64,000 nucleotides of DNA, taken from the IMG/VR virus record IMGVR_UViG_3300023082_000010, positions 1 to 64,000 of that record. One strand, 5' to 3'. Source of the DNA: a virus. Below are positions 27,518-36,745 of this stretch, one piece after another; position 1 is the stretch's first letter; the number at the start of each line of letters is the position of its first letter. The notes under the pieces are model-generated. The model did not search any database. It was given only the letters and a program-made list of their open reading frames with translations, and was not told where the DNA came from. Both the position numbers and the translations under genes were made by a program.

Positions 27518-28756
27518 ATGAAAACTAAGATTGAACTTCTAGACTCAATCATGGGTAGCGGAAAGACACAAGGTGTAATTCAGTGGATGCTTAATAACCC
27601 ACAGAATAAATACTTGTACGTCTCACCAATGCTTACAGAAGTAGAACAAAGGATTCCTGAAGCTTGTCGCTCTCTAGAGTTTGTATACCCTTGCACAGAA
27701 GAATATAAAACCAAAGGAGAACACCTTCTAAAGTTGTTAGAAGAAGGCTGTAATGTTTCTTTTACACACTCCCTGTTCACTGATTTGACAAAGAAACATC
27801 TTGCACTAATCAAGAAACATGAATATATTCTTATTGTGGATGAGGAAGTTGCTCTGATAGAGCCATACAAAGGTATTTATGATCGTGATGATATTCTGTC
27901 TCTTGAGAAAGCTGGACACATTAAAGTGTTAGAAAATGACCTTGGTCGTGTAGAGTGGCTTTGGTATAATGATGATGAGATGAACAAGACTGTATACAGC
28001 AAGCTTAAACGTATGTGTGATTTAGGTATGCTGTATTGTGCTAAACGTGATCGTAAGATTATGGTTGTGCATCTTCCTATTGAGCTTGTGCAGTCTTCAA
28101 GACGTGTTGTACTTCTTACATACTTGTTTGAAGGTTCTGTTATGGAAGCCTTTATGAAACTTAAAGGTATTGATATAGTTCCATTTAAGGATGTAAAACC
28201 TATTAAAGAAACAAAAGATGTGCTTGCTAAGGCTAAAAGCCTGATTACATTTATTGATACACCATCTAGTAAGGCTGTAGCTAAACTTTCTATGTCTGCT
28301 ACTTGGTATGCAAAGAATGCCTCAGCAACAGATTTAGAAAAGATTAAGAATGCTCTTTTCTCTGTTTATAGGAAATATGGAGATAAAGATTTATTTTTGT
28401 TTACAGCACCTAAAACACAAGCTTGTTTGGAATACATAAAGAAAGAAGATATCACAAGGCACATCTTGCATAAGAATCTACCTAAAGATTTAGACTGGAT
28501 TTATTGTGGAACTAAAGCAACTAACATCTGGGCACATAAAACTATAGCTGTACATGCTTACAATAGGTATGTAAATACAGCTATTAAAGCATATTTACAA
28601 GATTATGGTACACCACCAAATGATGATAAATTTGCGTTGTCTGAGATGGTACAGTGGATATATAGAACACAAATCAGGAATGATAAACCAATATCTTTGT
28701 GTATTATGAGTGCTAGAATGAAGAAGCTTTTATGTAATTGGTTAGATAGTAAATAG
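27518..28756 (+). CDS. SF2/DEAD-like helicase-type P-loop ATPase, copy 2 (paralog of 4141-5379)
   Basis: Walker A MGSGKTQ, LYVSP, Walker B LIVDEE, C-terminal EMVQWIYRTQIR. Confidence 0.75.
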   Translation: MKTKIELLDSIMGSGKTQGVIQWMLNNPQNKYLYVSPMLTEVEQRIPEACRSLEFVYPCTEEYKTKGEHLLKLLEEGCNVSFTHSLFTDLTKKHLALIKKHEYILIVDEEVALIEPYKGIYDRDDILSLEKAGHIKVLENDLGRVEWLWYNDDEMNKTVYSKLKRMCDLGMLYCAKRDRKIMVVHLPIELVQSSRRVVLLTYLFEGSVMEAFMKLKGIDIVPFKDVKPIKETKDVLAKAKSLITFIDTPSSKAVAKLSMSATWYAKNASATDLEKIKNALFSVYRKYGDKDLFLFTAPKTQACLEYIKKEDITRHILHKNLPKDLDWIYCGTKATNIWAHKTIAVHAYNRYVNTAIKAYLQDYGTPPNDDKFALSEMVQWIYRTQIRNDKPISLCIMSARMKKLLCNWLDSK

Positions 28757-28783
28757 TTAGTGTTTTAGATTTTCAAACAGTGG

Positions 28784-28827
28784 ACCTCTGTAAGCTACGT
28801 ATTCCGTGGCCTGTAGGTTTATATCCT
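28784..28827 (+). promoter_or_regulatory. palindromic cis element beside helicase-like copy 2
   Basis: ACCTCTGTAA-GCTACG-N5-CGTGGC-CTGTAGGTTTATATCCT; homologous to 5422-5466. Confidence 0.55.
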
Positions 28828-28857
28828 ATAATGCTAGAAAGCTTAATTTTAGACACA

Positions 28858-28887
28858 GAAAAGCCCCGACCGTAAGGAAGGGGCTAA
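28858..28887 (-). terminator. terminator at the convergence of the replication and late arms
   Basis: AGCCCC...GGGGCT stem followed by a U-tract on the minus strand. Confidence 0.65.
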
Positions 28888-28911
28888 AGGTCTTGTATCT
28901 GTATATTATTC

Positions 28912-29466
28912 TTATTGTCTTGCTGTAGTGATAGCACCAAAACTATTGTTATTAATATTAGTGTTTATTACTTTTGTTCCATTCTTTTTATCTTGTTGCA
29001 ACCCTTCAACTCTTTGTTCTAAAACACTAACTCTTGCACTTAATCTGTTGTCAACAATGTCTAACTTCTCATCAAGTTTGTTGGCCTTACTTTCAAAGTA
29101 GGATAAATTCTTGTCGATAACAGAATCATTATGAGGAAGAGCACTTGCTACTATTTGTGCTGGTGTATTAGCATTAACAATAGGTGCAGGATCTTTCTGA
29201 TATAGCTCATATAATTTGTCAAGTCTTTGAGCATACAACTGAGCACGGGCCTCTCTCAGTTGCTGATACCTATTAAGATTGTCTTCTACTATTTTAATCT
29301 TACCTTCGTAGTTCTTTTTCTCAACATCAAATCTATCTTGCACTTGTCTTTGAAAGTCTTCTAGAGCCGTGTTAGCAGATTGTTTAGTTGTGATTGTAAT
29401 TATTAAAACTAAAGCTAGGACTATAATTATTGCATGTGAGAGTCCCTTCAACACTTTCAAAAACAT
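28912..29466 (-). CDS. membrane-anchored coiled-coil protein of the lysis region
   Basis: N-terminal TM segment then long heptad-rich stretches. Confidence 0.6.
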   Translation of the reverse strand: MFLKVLKGLSHAIIIVLALVLIITITTKQSANTALEDFQRQVQDRFDVEKKNYEGKIKIVEDNLNRYQQLREARAQLYAQRLDKLYELYQKDPAPIVNANTPAQIVASALPHNDSVIDKNLSYFESKANKLDEKLDIVDNRLSARVSVLEQRVEGLQQDKKNGTKVINTNINNNSFGAITTARQ

Positions 29467-29502
29467 ATCAATCTCCTACTGCTTATTTTATTTTTAAGGA
29501 GA

Positions 29503-29784
29503 CTATTTCTTTTCGTTCTGAGCCTGCACCAATTTCAGGAGCAAATCGAGTCTTGAACTAAGATCGCTAAACCTAACCTCAATCGACCTTGAAATTCTTT
29601 CCTCTAATTGGGTTGCAGACTGCTGAGTCATCGCAGTAGCCTGCATCGTATATAAACGTTCTTCTAGGCGATTAATACCATTATAGAAGTATCCTGCCAA
29701 AAGAAACAGAAGTGCAATCAAAGCACTTTTAATACTCTCGTAAGATTTTTCTCTTTGTGCTGCATTAGGATCTGATGTAGGCAT
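29503..29784 (-). CDS. single-TM membrane protein (possible holin or antiholin)
   Basis: One TM segment (ALIALLFLLAGYFY) plus a coiled coil; lies in the lysis cluster. Confidence 0.5.
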   Translation of the reverse strand: MPTSDPNAAQREKSYESIKSALIALLFLLAGYFYNGINRLEERLYTMQATAMTQQSATQLEERISRSIEVRFSDLSSRLDLLLKLVQAQNEKK

Positions 29785-30050
29785 TATTTATCCCCAAACC
29801 TTTCTGAGTTGATACGCTTCCATGTTTGGAGCATTTTTAGTTTCTTCTGACAAGCAGCTAAATTTGTAGTCTGTTGAATCCAAGCTGATGTTAGTGTAAG
29901 CTTGTCTTTGGAGTCTTTACCAGAAATTTCAGGAGGGGGACTAATGACACAATCTGATATTGCCTCATCAGAAGGTAAAATAACTATTGGTTTTTGATAA
30001 CCACAAGAAGAGATAGACATACAAACAAGGCAGAGGAGTATATATCTCAT
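29784..30050 (-). CDS. o-spanin (Rz1-like lipoprotein), second copy
   Basis: Signal peptide with lipobox ISSC, Pro-rich segment with Cys, C-terminal helix AACQKKL...W. Confidence 0.7.
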   Translation of the reverse strand: MRYILLCLVCMSISSCGYQKPIVILPSDEAISDCVISPPPEISGKDSKDKLTLTSAWIQQTTNLAACQKKLKMLQTWKRINSERFGDK

Positions 30051-30544
30051 TTCTTCACCTTCGGACAGATTTTATCTTCAGGAAAACTTGTGCAAAAACT
30101 TGTCTTCATCATAGCCTTAAGTTCAGCATCAACTGGAACTAATTTTTCAATAGTTTGTGTCTGAGTTTTAGTTATTACTTTTGTCTCAACAACAGGAGTG
30201 TTGATTAGAGTGTTTTGTACTTTCTCAATCTTATCATTCAAGCGATTACTAATCTTTTCAACTGTAACAGACACGGGAGGTTGTGCAACAGGCAGGTTAG
30301 ATGAGGGTACTTTATTCAACTCTGCTTGAGATTGAAGAATGGAGATTGCACGATCTTTCTCAATACCCGTCATCATAAGCTGTGTGTTAGCTTGCCTCAG
30401 GTCCTTATTCTTTTCTGTTTCCGTGTAAAGCATAACTCCCAGTACGGATACAACCACAATGGTTAGAACACCAAAATAGATGTGTAAGTCATTCTCTATA
30501 AACCATGCTTCTGATTTAGCCAAGAAAGGTTTTATACGGTGCAT
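30047..30544 (-). CDS. i-spanin-like protein, second copy
   Basis: TM segment, coiled coil, C-terminal Cys pair; directly upstream of a lipoprotein. Confidence 0.55.
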   Translation of the reverse strand: MHRIKPFLAKSEAWFIENDLHIYFGVLTIVVVSVLGVMLYTETEKNKDLRQANTQLMMTGIEKDRAISILQSQAELNKVPSSNLPVAQPPVSVTVEKISNRLNDKIEKVQNTLINTPVVETKVITKTQTQTIEKLVPVDAELKAMMKTSFCTSFPEDKICPKVKK

Positions 30545-30546
30545 GG

Positions 30547-30831
30547 TTATTCCTTCTTTGGTTTGTAAATTCTTTGCTGATCAGCGTCCCATTCAGCTAA
30601 TTTCTTTAGCCTAATACTAAACTCACCAATACACCCTGTATTACTCACATACCCTTGTGCCAAACTAGACAGTGTGTCACCAGCCTCCACAGGCTTACAC
30701 GGATCACTTAAGAGGTTGATTGGGATCGATACATAGACCGGGGATTGATTGACAATAGCTTTCTGAGAGCACGCTACGCAACTCATCACTAAGATAAATA
30801 TCATCAGAGCTTGCATTATTTGTTTTAACAT
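30547..30831 (-). CDS. o-spanin (Rz1-like lipoprotein)
   Basis: Lipobox VAC, P..LL.PC, C...F..RL..L.EW; overlaps the i-spanin 3' end out of frame. Confidence 0.75.
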   Translation of the reverse strand: MLKQIMQALMIFILVMSCVACSQKAIVNQSPVYVSIPINLLSDPCKPVEAGDTLSSLAQGYVSNTGCIGEFSIRLKKLAEWDADQQRIYKPKKE

Positions 30832-31147
30832 CTGATGCCTCTTTGTCTTTAGTCAGTCGTGCGAGAGTGTTAATCTTCTTATTCAGTACACTTACTTTGC
30901 CTTGCAATACTTCACGCTCTTTTGAGTCTTCTAAACTCTTAAGAGTGGTTGAAGCTAAGGTAGCACTCAGGTTCTCTTTATCCTTGTTTGCGCTGATTAA
31001 TTGTGCAGATAAAGCGTCATTCTGAGCGGATAAAGCGCCTGTCTCAGCAATAGAATTCTTTAGAAGATATCCTGAAGCAAAAAGAGCAATAACAAGTGCT
31101 ACAATGAGGTAGTAGGTCCAAGAGATGCCTGATAGGAAAGACATCAT
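30704..31147 (-). CDS. i-spanin (Rz-like)
   Basis: N-terminal TM segment, periplasmic coiled coil, C-terminal D..LSDELR.VL. Confidence 0.75.
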   Translation of the reverse strand: MMSFLSGISWTYYLIVALVIALFASGYLLKNSIAETGALSAQNDALSAQLISANKDKENLSATLASTTLKSLEDSKEREVLQGKVSVLNKKINTLARLTKDKEASDVKTNNASSDDIYLSDELRSVLSESYCQSIPGLCIDPNQPLK

Positions 31148-31461
31148 TCTTTAGGCTCTTCTGTTACTGTATACTGCCAAAGCGACTTTTGTTTTATGAA
31201 ACGTGCAAAAAGTCCCAATGCGTTAAAAGAAAACATCAAGATTGCGTAGGTTTGTGTGGTCATCGTAGGTTCAAGCAACCCAAGAAACGGCAACAATTGG
31301 TCGATGAACGTAAGTATTACAGATGAGAGGTGGAGCCAAAATGACCAAGTAAGAAAGATTTGCCTCCAGTTACTGACGACGGAAACCTTTGAAACTTTTT
31401 CCTTTACAATCTCTGCGCTTTGGGGTATAGTCAATTCTGAGGTAGGAGTTTCTTCTGCCAT
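31144..31461 (-). CDS. holin (two TM)
   Basis: NWRQ....WSFW, two TM segments, ARFIKQ; lies between the endolysin and the spanins. Confidence 0.65.
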   Translation of the reverse strand: MAEETPTSELTIPQSAEIVKEKVSKVSVVSNWRQIFLTWSFWLHLSSVILTFIDQLLPFLGLLEPTMTTQTYAILMFSFNALGLFARFIKQKSLWQYTVTEEPKE

Positions 31462-31492
31462 AATTTAATATTCTTGATAAAGGTGATATATA

Positions 31493-32100
31493 ATGAAGTT
31501 AGTTTATGGTGTGGGTATAAATGATGCTGATTACACCCTCAGTAAATATGAAAAATTTGTCAGCGCGGAGGGCTTATTGAAGGTTCGTCAGGTATGGGTT
31601 TGTCCTTTTTATTCGAGATGGCAATCCATGATTACTCGCTGTTACAGTAAGAATTTTCTTATAGAGAATCCATCCTACAAAGATTGTACCGTCTGTGAGG
31701 AATGGTTAACTTTTAGTAAATTTAAATCTTGGATGGAGACGCAGAATTGGAGTGGTAAGACCCTTGATAAAGATATATTGTGTAAAGGCAATAAAATTTA
31801 CTCTCCCGAATTTTGTGTTTTTGTTCATGCCAAAGTAAATCTTTTTATCATTGAACGTGAGAGTAAACGTGGTGAATGGCCTATTGGTGTTCACTTTGAA
31901 GAGAGCTACCAAAAGTATAAATCCACAATAACTTCTAACAATAAGACTGTAAACTTAGGTAGGTATGATACAGCTGAGCAAGCCCATCAAGCTTGGTTGG
32001 ACTTTAAGCTTGATGGGCTTATATACTAGCTTCAGAGCAAGAAGACGATAGGGTAGCTAAAGCTCTCGTAGAAAGGTACAAAAATTATTCTCGCACATAA
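31493..32100 (+). pseudogene. HNH-type homing endonuclease, antisense in the lysis cassette, frameshifted near the C-terminus
   Basis: LVYGVGINDA...RCY...LDKDIL..GNKIYSPE; the ORF stops at 32029 but a plausible tail AYILASEQEDDRVAKALVERYKNY continues in another frame to 32100. Confidence 0.7.
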
Positions 32101-32153
32101 GGCTTTGTAAAGCTGTTACAACAACATAACAGCTTTATTTTAAATCACCAAAA

Positions 32154-32582
32154 TTAAGAGAGAAACAATTCCTTCTCAGCCAACCTGCGTTTAGTCAATC
32201 CTGCCAGAACTTTACCACCAGCTTTATCCCACCTTGGAAACTCAGATGCTGCACCAGTATAATCCAGAGAGTTTAGCTTACGAAGCAAAGTAGAGGATTT
32301 GAGATTACCCAGTCCTAAGTTAAAAGAGAAACTAATCAAAGCAGCATGTTGGTTTTCATTCAAAGGAACTTTAACCAACTCAGCAACACCTTTTTCAAAC
32401 TTTGCAAGGTCAGATTTTAAAAGAGTTTCCGCTTGGGATTCAGTAATAACTTGTCCCATATAGACATCAGAGCCAGTGTGTCCATATCCAATAGTCACTA
32501 CACCAACAGAGTCCTTGTAAGCTTTTAGCTCAAGTCCCTCAAACTCTTTAATCAGATCAATCCCTTTTTGAGATGTCTTCAT
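32154..32582 (-). CDS. endolysin, GH24 phage lysozyme
   Basis: Catalytic E-x8-D-x5-T (EGLELKAYKDSVGVVTIGYGHT) and GL.KRR.AE; no SAR segment. Confidence 0.95.
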   Translation of the reverse strand: MKTSQKGIDLIKEFEGLELKAYKDSVGVVTIGYGHTGSDVYMGQVITESQAETLLKSDLAKFEKGVAELVKVPLNENQHAALISFSFNLGLGNLKSSTLLRKLNSLDYTGAASEFPRWDKAGGKVLAGLTKRRLAEKELFLS

Positions 32583-32595
32583 GTTTTATTTCCTC

Positions 32596-32622
32596 AAAAG
32601 ACATCTGCCCTTACGGGCAGAA
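32596..32622 (-). terminator. putative terminator after the tail fibre
   Basis: TCTGCCC-GTAA-GGGCAGA followed by TGTCTTTT. Confidence 0.55.
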
Positions 32623-32632
32623 CATCCCCGTA

Positions 32633-33643
32633 TCAATACCACTCAATAATAATCAGACCACCTGATCCATTACCACCTGTGCCACCACGGTTGCTGCCAT
32701 TCACACGATAGCAACCACCACCACCTCCACCGCCTGCACCAAACTGTCCGGCGTTAACACCCGGATCACCATTGGATTTAGTACCACGGCCGCCCGCACC
32801 ACCACCACCAAACGGGCTACTGGCACCATTACCACCAGCACCACCGGAGCCTGCATTATCATCACCAATGGAGCCAGAAGCGTCTGAGCCACCACCACCA
32901 TTGGGGTAGCCTGTACCACCTAGAACACCACCACCAGAACCATTGTTTACATTAGGACCTCCAAGCCCACCATTACCACCATCCAGGGTGAGGAAAGTAC
33001 CAACTTTGGTGTCTCCGCCAGCTTGCCCGTTTGGGCCTGTGGTAAATGTACCTTGGAAACCTGATCCACCTGCACCGATAACAACTGCTAGAGTGCTGCC
33101 GGGAACTACAGTGAAAGGCACTTTGATAATAGACTGTCCAGCACCACCACCGCCTGCGTTAGCACCAATGCGCCCTAATGATCCAGAGGCAGCAGAACCA
33201 CCTCCAGCCCCACCACCACCACCACCTGCAACACCGCTGATGTAGATAGTGGTTTTACCAGCAGGAACTACAAAGTAGCCGCTGCTAATAAACCGCATCA
33301 TACCAGCAGAGGATACACCAAATGCTGTAGTCCAAGCACCGGTGGTATCTGTTACAGGGTTTACATTAGAGTTGGTTCTTACCGCACGATAGAGAGTACC
33401 GTTGCTGCCTTTGGTGTAGCTAAGGCTTGCCTGATACTCTGTCGCGTTATCCCACACAGGGATGCCATGTTGGTTTACGTGAGCGTTAAATCTGTCTTGT
33501 TTATTATCAAGCCAGTTGAAATACTCACGAGGTGGGATAATAGCTTCCCAACCATTTGCAACATAAGCTGCATCTGGAGCTGCAATGTCTCCAGTAGCAG
33601 CCCAGATATTGTTAATGTCATTAGGTTTGTTTATGTTAGGCAC
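32633..33643 (-). CDS. tail fibre protein with a glycine-rich C-terminal domain
   Basis: N-terminal WA.TGD...GW...P.REYFNWL...Q.GIP.W anchor; GGGGG-rich tail ending GLIIIEW. Confidence 0.85.
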   Translation of the reverse strand: MPNINKPNDINNIWAATGDIAAPDAAYVANGWEAIIPPREYFNWLDNKQDRFNAHVNQHGIPVWDNATEYQASLSYTKGSNGTLYRAVRTNSNVNPVTDTTGAWTTAFGVSSAGMMRFISSGYFVVPAGKTTIYISGVAGGGGGGAGGGSAASGSLGRIGANAGGGGAGQSIIKVPFTVVPGSTLAVVIGAGGSGFQGTFTTGPNGQAGGDTKVGTFLTLDGGNGGLGGPNVNNGSGGGVLGGTGYPNGGGGSDASGSIGDDNAGSGGAGGNGASSPFGGGGAGGRGTKSNGDPGVNAGQFGAGGGGGGGCYRVNGSNRGGTGGNGSGGLIIIEWY

Positions 33644-33644
33644 G

Positions 33645-35915
33645 TTACATCCTCTTTATTACATTTCCGGCAGCAGTATCAACCCACAAACTTCCGGCTG
33701 GTAAGCCGCTAGAGGATGTTGGTAGACTAGAAAGATTTAACTGTTCAAAACTAATACGCCCAAAAACTACAGGCTCTCTTGCGTGGTATAGTCTTATACG
33801 GCCCACTGCTAGTGTACCTGTTGCCCCAGACAAATTTATAAGCTGAAATGTTGGAGCTAACGTATTACTACGGAACTTGAAAGGAAATCGAAACCTTGTC
33901 CAACCGATCCCCGGCACTGCTATTCGTTGAAAAGAGTTTGCACCAGAGCTGTGGGCTATTCTGGCAGTTATCAGAGTTAGAGGAGTAGTACCGTTGGCCT
34001 TAAGATCAAACTCAATCCAACTTACAGCCCCTGCAACAATTGATCCTGTTGGCAGTACACAGTTAACTGCCGAAAAGTTAGGGAATGTTAGAGCATATGC
34101 ATCACTTTCTCCGGTGGCATCTGTTGTAGTTCCCTGAGAAGTTGACCCACCCGCCAAAGGCATTCCAGAAATCCTGCTATTAAATAACTCTACATACCCT
34201 GTCTTGTCATTAGCACCAGATGTGTGCGGATAGAAAAGAGTACCCCTCCCTGCATTTTCATAAGACGTGTCAACAAAAGTTGCAGTATAGTTTCCATTAC
34301 TTGGTGATAAAGGAGGTGTAGCAAGGCCAGCACTAAGATTAATATTATCCGAGAGAAGGTTTAAGGATGCTGTACCTTCGTTGACAGTAGGCGTTGTTCT
34401 AAATTCAAGCAAAAATTTAGGTGTATTGTACTGTAGTTGGTTATCAGATACTACCAATCCTCGAATATAAGGGGTAGTTGTATACACAATTGAAGGGCTT
34501 GATAGATCGCTACCACAGAAAACATTCTCTGAAATTGTAGCTCCATATACATACTCAGCCGTATCCGCCGACAGATCGGGCATTGCTAGGCCATTTGATG
34601 CCCCTGATAATTCAGGGGCATAAACGACTCTATAGTCAGTTGCTTGAAGATTCTCAAGGCCAAATTTATTACCGCCCGATATCGTACAACCATGCCCCTC
34701 ATTCGTTGCGCCCGGTACTAACCAAATTGAAATTCGGGGTGTTCCATTTCCAGTTTCAAACTGAATGAAGTCATTAGACTCAACAGCAACACATTGTCCT
34801 GCGGTGCGCAGCTTTAGGTGGATTCTATTTGTAAGGAAGGCATTGCCTTTTATCAGCGATACATCTGCCCAGCGGTTTAGCGCGATACCGATAGTGGATA
34901 CCGAATTTGCGGCACGGAAACTATTGAACTGGATTTTCCAGTACGGGCAATCACTCGCGTTTACATCGATTGCGCAGGCCGTATAACCGATGAATACGTT
35001 CTTATGGATCAGCTTTTGATAGCTTACGTCCACGCCTGCAAACGTGGACCGGAAGGCACCTAGACCGTTAGCGAATTGCAGGCCTTGAATTTCTAAAACT
35101 ACCTTGGCGGTGGCGGTATCGATCAGGCGAGAGGTTGCCCCGAGAATTATTACCGTAGCCTCCGCGCCTTCACCCTCGATAAATAGACGCGTTCCTGTAA
35201 ATGGATGCCCTGTACCCGTGTAACGATATGTGCCTTTCTTGAACCATAGACATTTGGAGTTAGTGCTACAGTAAGTAAGCGCGGGATCGATTGCGAAAGT
35301 ATCATCACTAGCCGCATCGTTACCGTTAGCACCCCACCACTGAGGGAAAACCTTACCATCAAAGCGGCGTTTTATCCTACGCCCTAATCCATCAACAAAC
35401 GTAACACCCCCGTCATCGGGAGTAGTAGTATCGCTTGTGTCGATATAGAATTCACCACCAATACCCGGTGTTACAATTTCAAAAGCTGTTGCTGAACCTG
35501 TATATGCACGCATCTGCGCATAACTAGCAAATTTCTTGGATAAATTTAGTTGTGATGTTAATGGGCCGCTGTCCCAACCAATTAAATTGGCTCCAAGATC
35601 TGTACTATCTTGTCTCGCAAGATCTGCTCTAAGAGCGGCAGCACTGCCCCCACTTGATATTTCACCTTCGATTATATCTACACGACCATCAATATCAGTG
35701 GCTTGTGTTTGAAGGGTGCCAATATCACTCTCAGCAGTTGTGAGCCTTTGATTAAGATTGAATGTACGATTAGCTAATTGCTGTGCTTGAGCATTTGCAT
35801 GGCCTGCACTTGGAACACCACCGTCAATAACTGGAGCGCCACCAAGAACAGGAGTGGACTTCTCTAGTTGAAAAATCCCTTCTTCATAAATAGGACTCTC
35901 AGTTAAGTTGGTCAT
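33645..35915 (-). CDS. tail spike / receptor-binding protein with a pectate-lyase-like beta-helix
   Basis: N-terminal I.QLE...PVLGG...AN.QAQQLANRT, DDGG, WWGA.G....DD..AI, parallel beta-helix repeats. Confidence 0.8.
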   Translation of the reverse strand: MTNLTESPIYEEGIFQLEKSTPVLGGAPVIDGGVPSAGHANAQAQQLANRTFNLNQRLTTAESDIGTLQTQATDIDGRVDIIEGEISSGGSAAALRADLARQDSTDLGANLIGWDSGPLTSQLNLSKKFASYAQMRAYTGSATAFEIVTPGIGGEFYIDTSDTTTPDDGGVTFVDGLGRRIKRRFDGKVFPQWWGANGNDAASDDTFAIDPALTYCSTNSKCLWFKKGTYRYTGTGHPFTGTRLFIEGEGAEATVIILGATSRLIDTATAKVVLEIQGLQFANGLGAFRSTFAGVDVSYQKLIHKNVFIGYTACAIDVNASDCPYWKIQFNSFRAANSVSTIGIALNRWADVSLIKGNAFLTNRIHLKLRTAGQCVAVESNDFIQFETGNGTPRISIWLVPGATNEGHGCTISGGNKFGLENLQATDYRVVYAPELSGASNGLAMPDLSADTAEYVYGATISENVFCGSDLSSPSIVYTTTPYIRGLVVSDNQLQYNTPKFLLEFRTTPTVNEGTASLNLLSDNINLSAGLATPPLSPSNGNYTATFVDTSYENAGRGTLFYPHTSGANDKTGYVELFNSRISGMPLAGGSTSQGTTTDATGESDAYALTFPNFSAVNCVLPTGSIVAGAVSWIEFDLKANGTTPLTLITARIAHSSGANSFQRIAVPGIGWTRFRFPFKFRSNTLAPTFQLINLSGATGTLAVGRIRLYHAREPVVFGRISFEQLNLSSLPTSSSGLPAGSLWVDTAAGNVIKRM

Positions 35916-35924
35916 AAACTTCCT

Positions 35925-36731
35925 TTAATATAAAATAATTTCAATATCTGATTCATCAAATTTATCAGAATATGTTGGAACTGAATTGTATGTAGCTGGG
36001 ATGTCATACGGGAATGAGCCGTTATATGTCACAGACCAGCTAATTGGTGTGTCTGTACGAACATATTCACCGTATCTTACGTTAACACCAATTGTCTTAG
36101 GAATAAGGCCTGATGCGTACCCTGAAGAGGAATCTGTATAATTCAATAGACCCCTTTCAAAATCAGATAAAGGTCTTCCAAATAACACCGTGACATTACC
36201 AGACTGCTCAGCACTCTCATCTTCAATGGCAATAACTGAGCTGTCACCAAAGATAAGGTTCATACTCCTGATAAATTCTTCAGAAGTAGAAGATGTAGTA
36301 TTCTTTAAAATCTTAGCTCTGATAAACAACCGATAGGTTTCATCATCAAGCTCGACATTCCCACCTAATGGCTCACCAAGAGAGTAGAAAATGCTGCCAA
36401 TTGTTGGGTCACTCAGAGTACCCATAGACCCTGCTTTCAAAGCACCTTGAAAACCGAAGAATGTGTACAAGTCTGAGTTGAGCAACACCCTGTCTTGACC
36501 AACGATGCGCCCAAGGATATTAAGCTGCTCACCTGTTGCTGTGTCTAGTGAGCGAAGTTGCATAAGGTCTTTAAAGACAGACTGGATTTCGACTTGGGCC
36601 GATATCATCAGTCTTAGAAATCGGTCCAGCACCTTCGCGCCAGTATCAGTGTTTGGATCATAGCGAAACTGCTCAGTTATTCTTGAGCGTGCAACACCTA
36701 GGTAGTCTTCTTCAATAAATTCATTCAACAT
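35925..36731 (-). CDS. baseplate wedge protein (DUF2612-like)
   Basis: LDTATGEQLNILGRIVG...LDDETYRLFIRAKI. Confidence 0.8.
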   Translation of the reverse strand: MLNEFIEEDYLGVARSRITEQFRYDPNTDTGAKVLDRFLRLMISAQVEIQSVFKDLMQLRSLDTATGEQLNILGRIVGQDRVLLNSDLYTFFGFQGALKAGSMGTLSDPTIGSIFYSLGEPLGGNVELDDETYRLFIRAKILKNTTSSTSEEFIRSMNLIFGDSSVIAIEDESAEQSGNVTVLFGRPLSDFERGLLNYTDSSSGYASGLIPKTIGVNVRYGEYVRTDTPISWSVTYNGSFPYDIPATYNSVPTYSDKFDESDIEIILY

Positions 36732-36745
36732 TTAGAAGACCTCAT

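Noticed and set aside
32640-33240. CCA/ACC-rich repetitive DNA as a repeat array
   Set aside because: It simply encodes the glycine-rich tail fibre domain.
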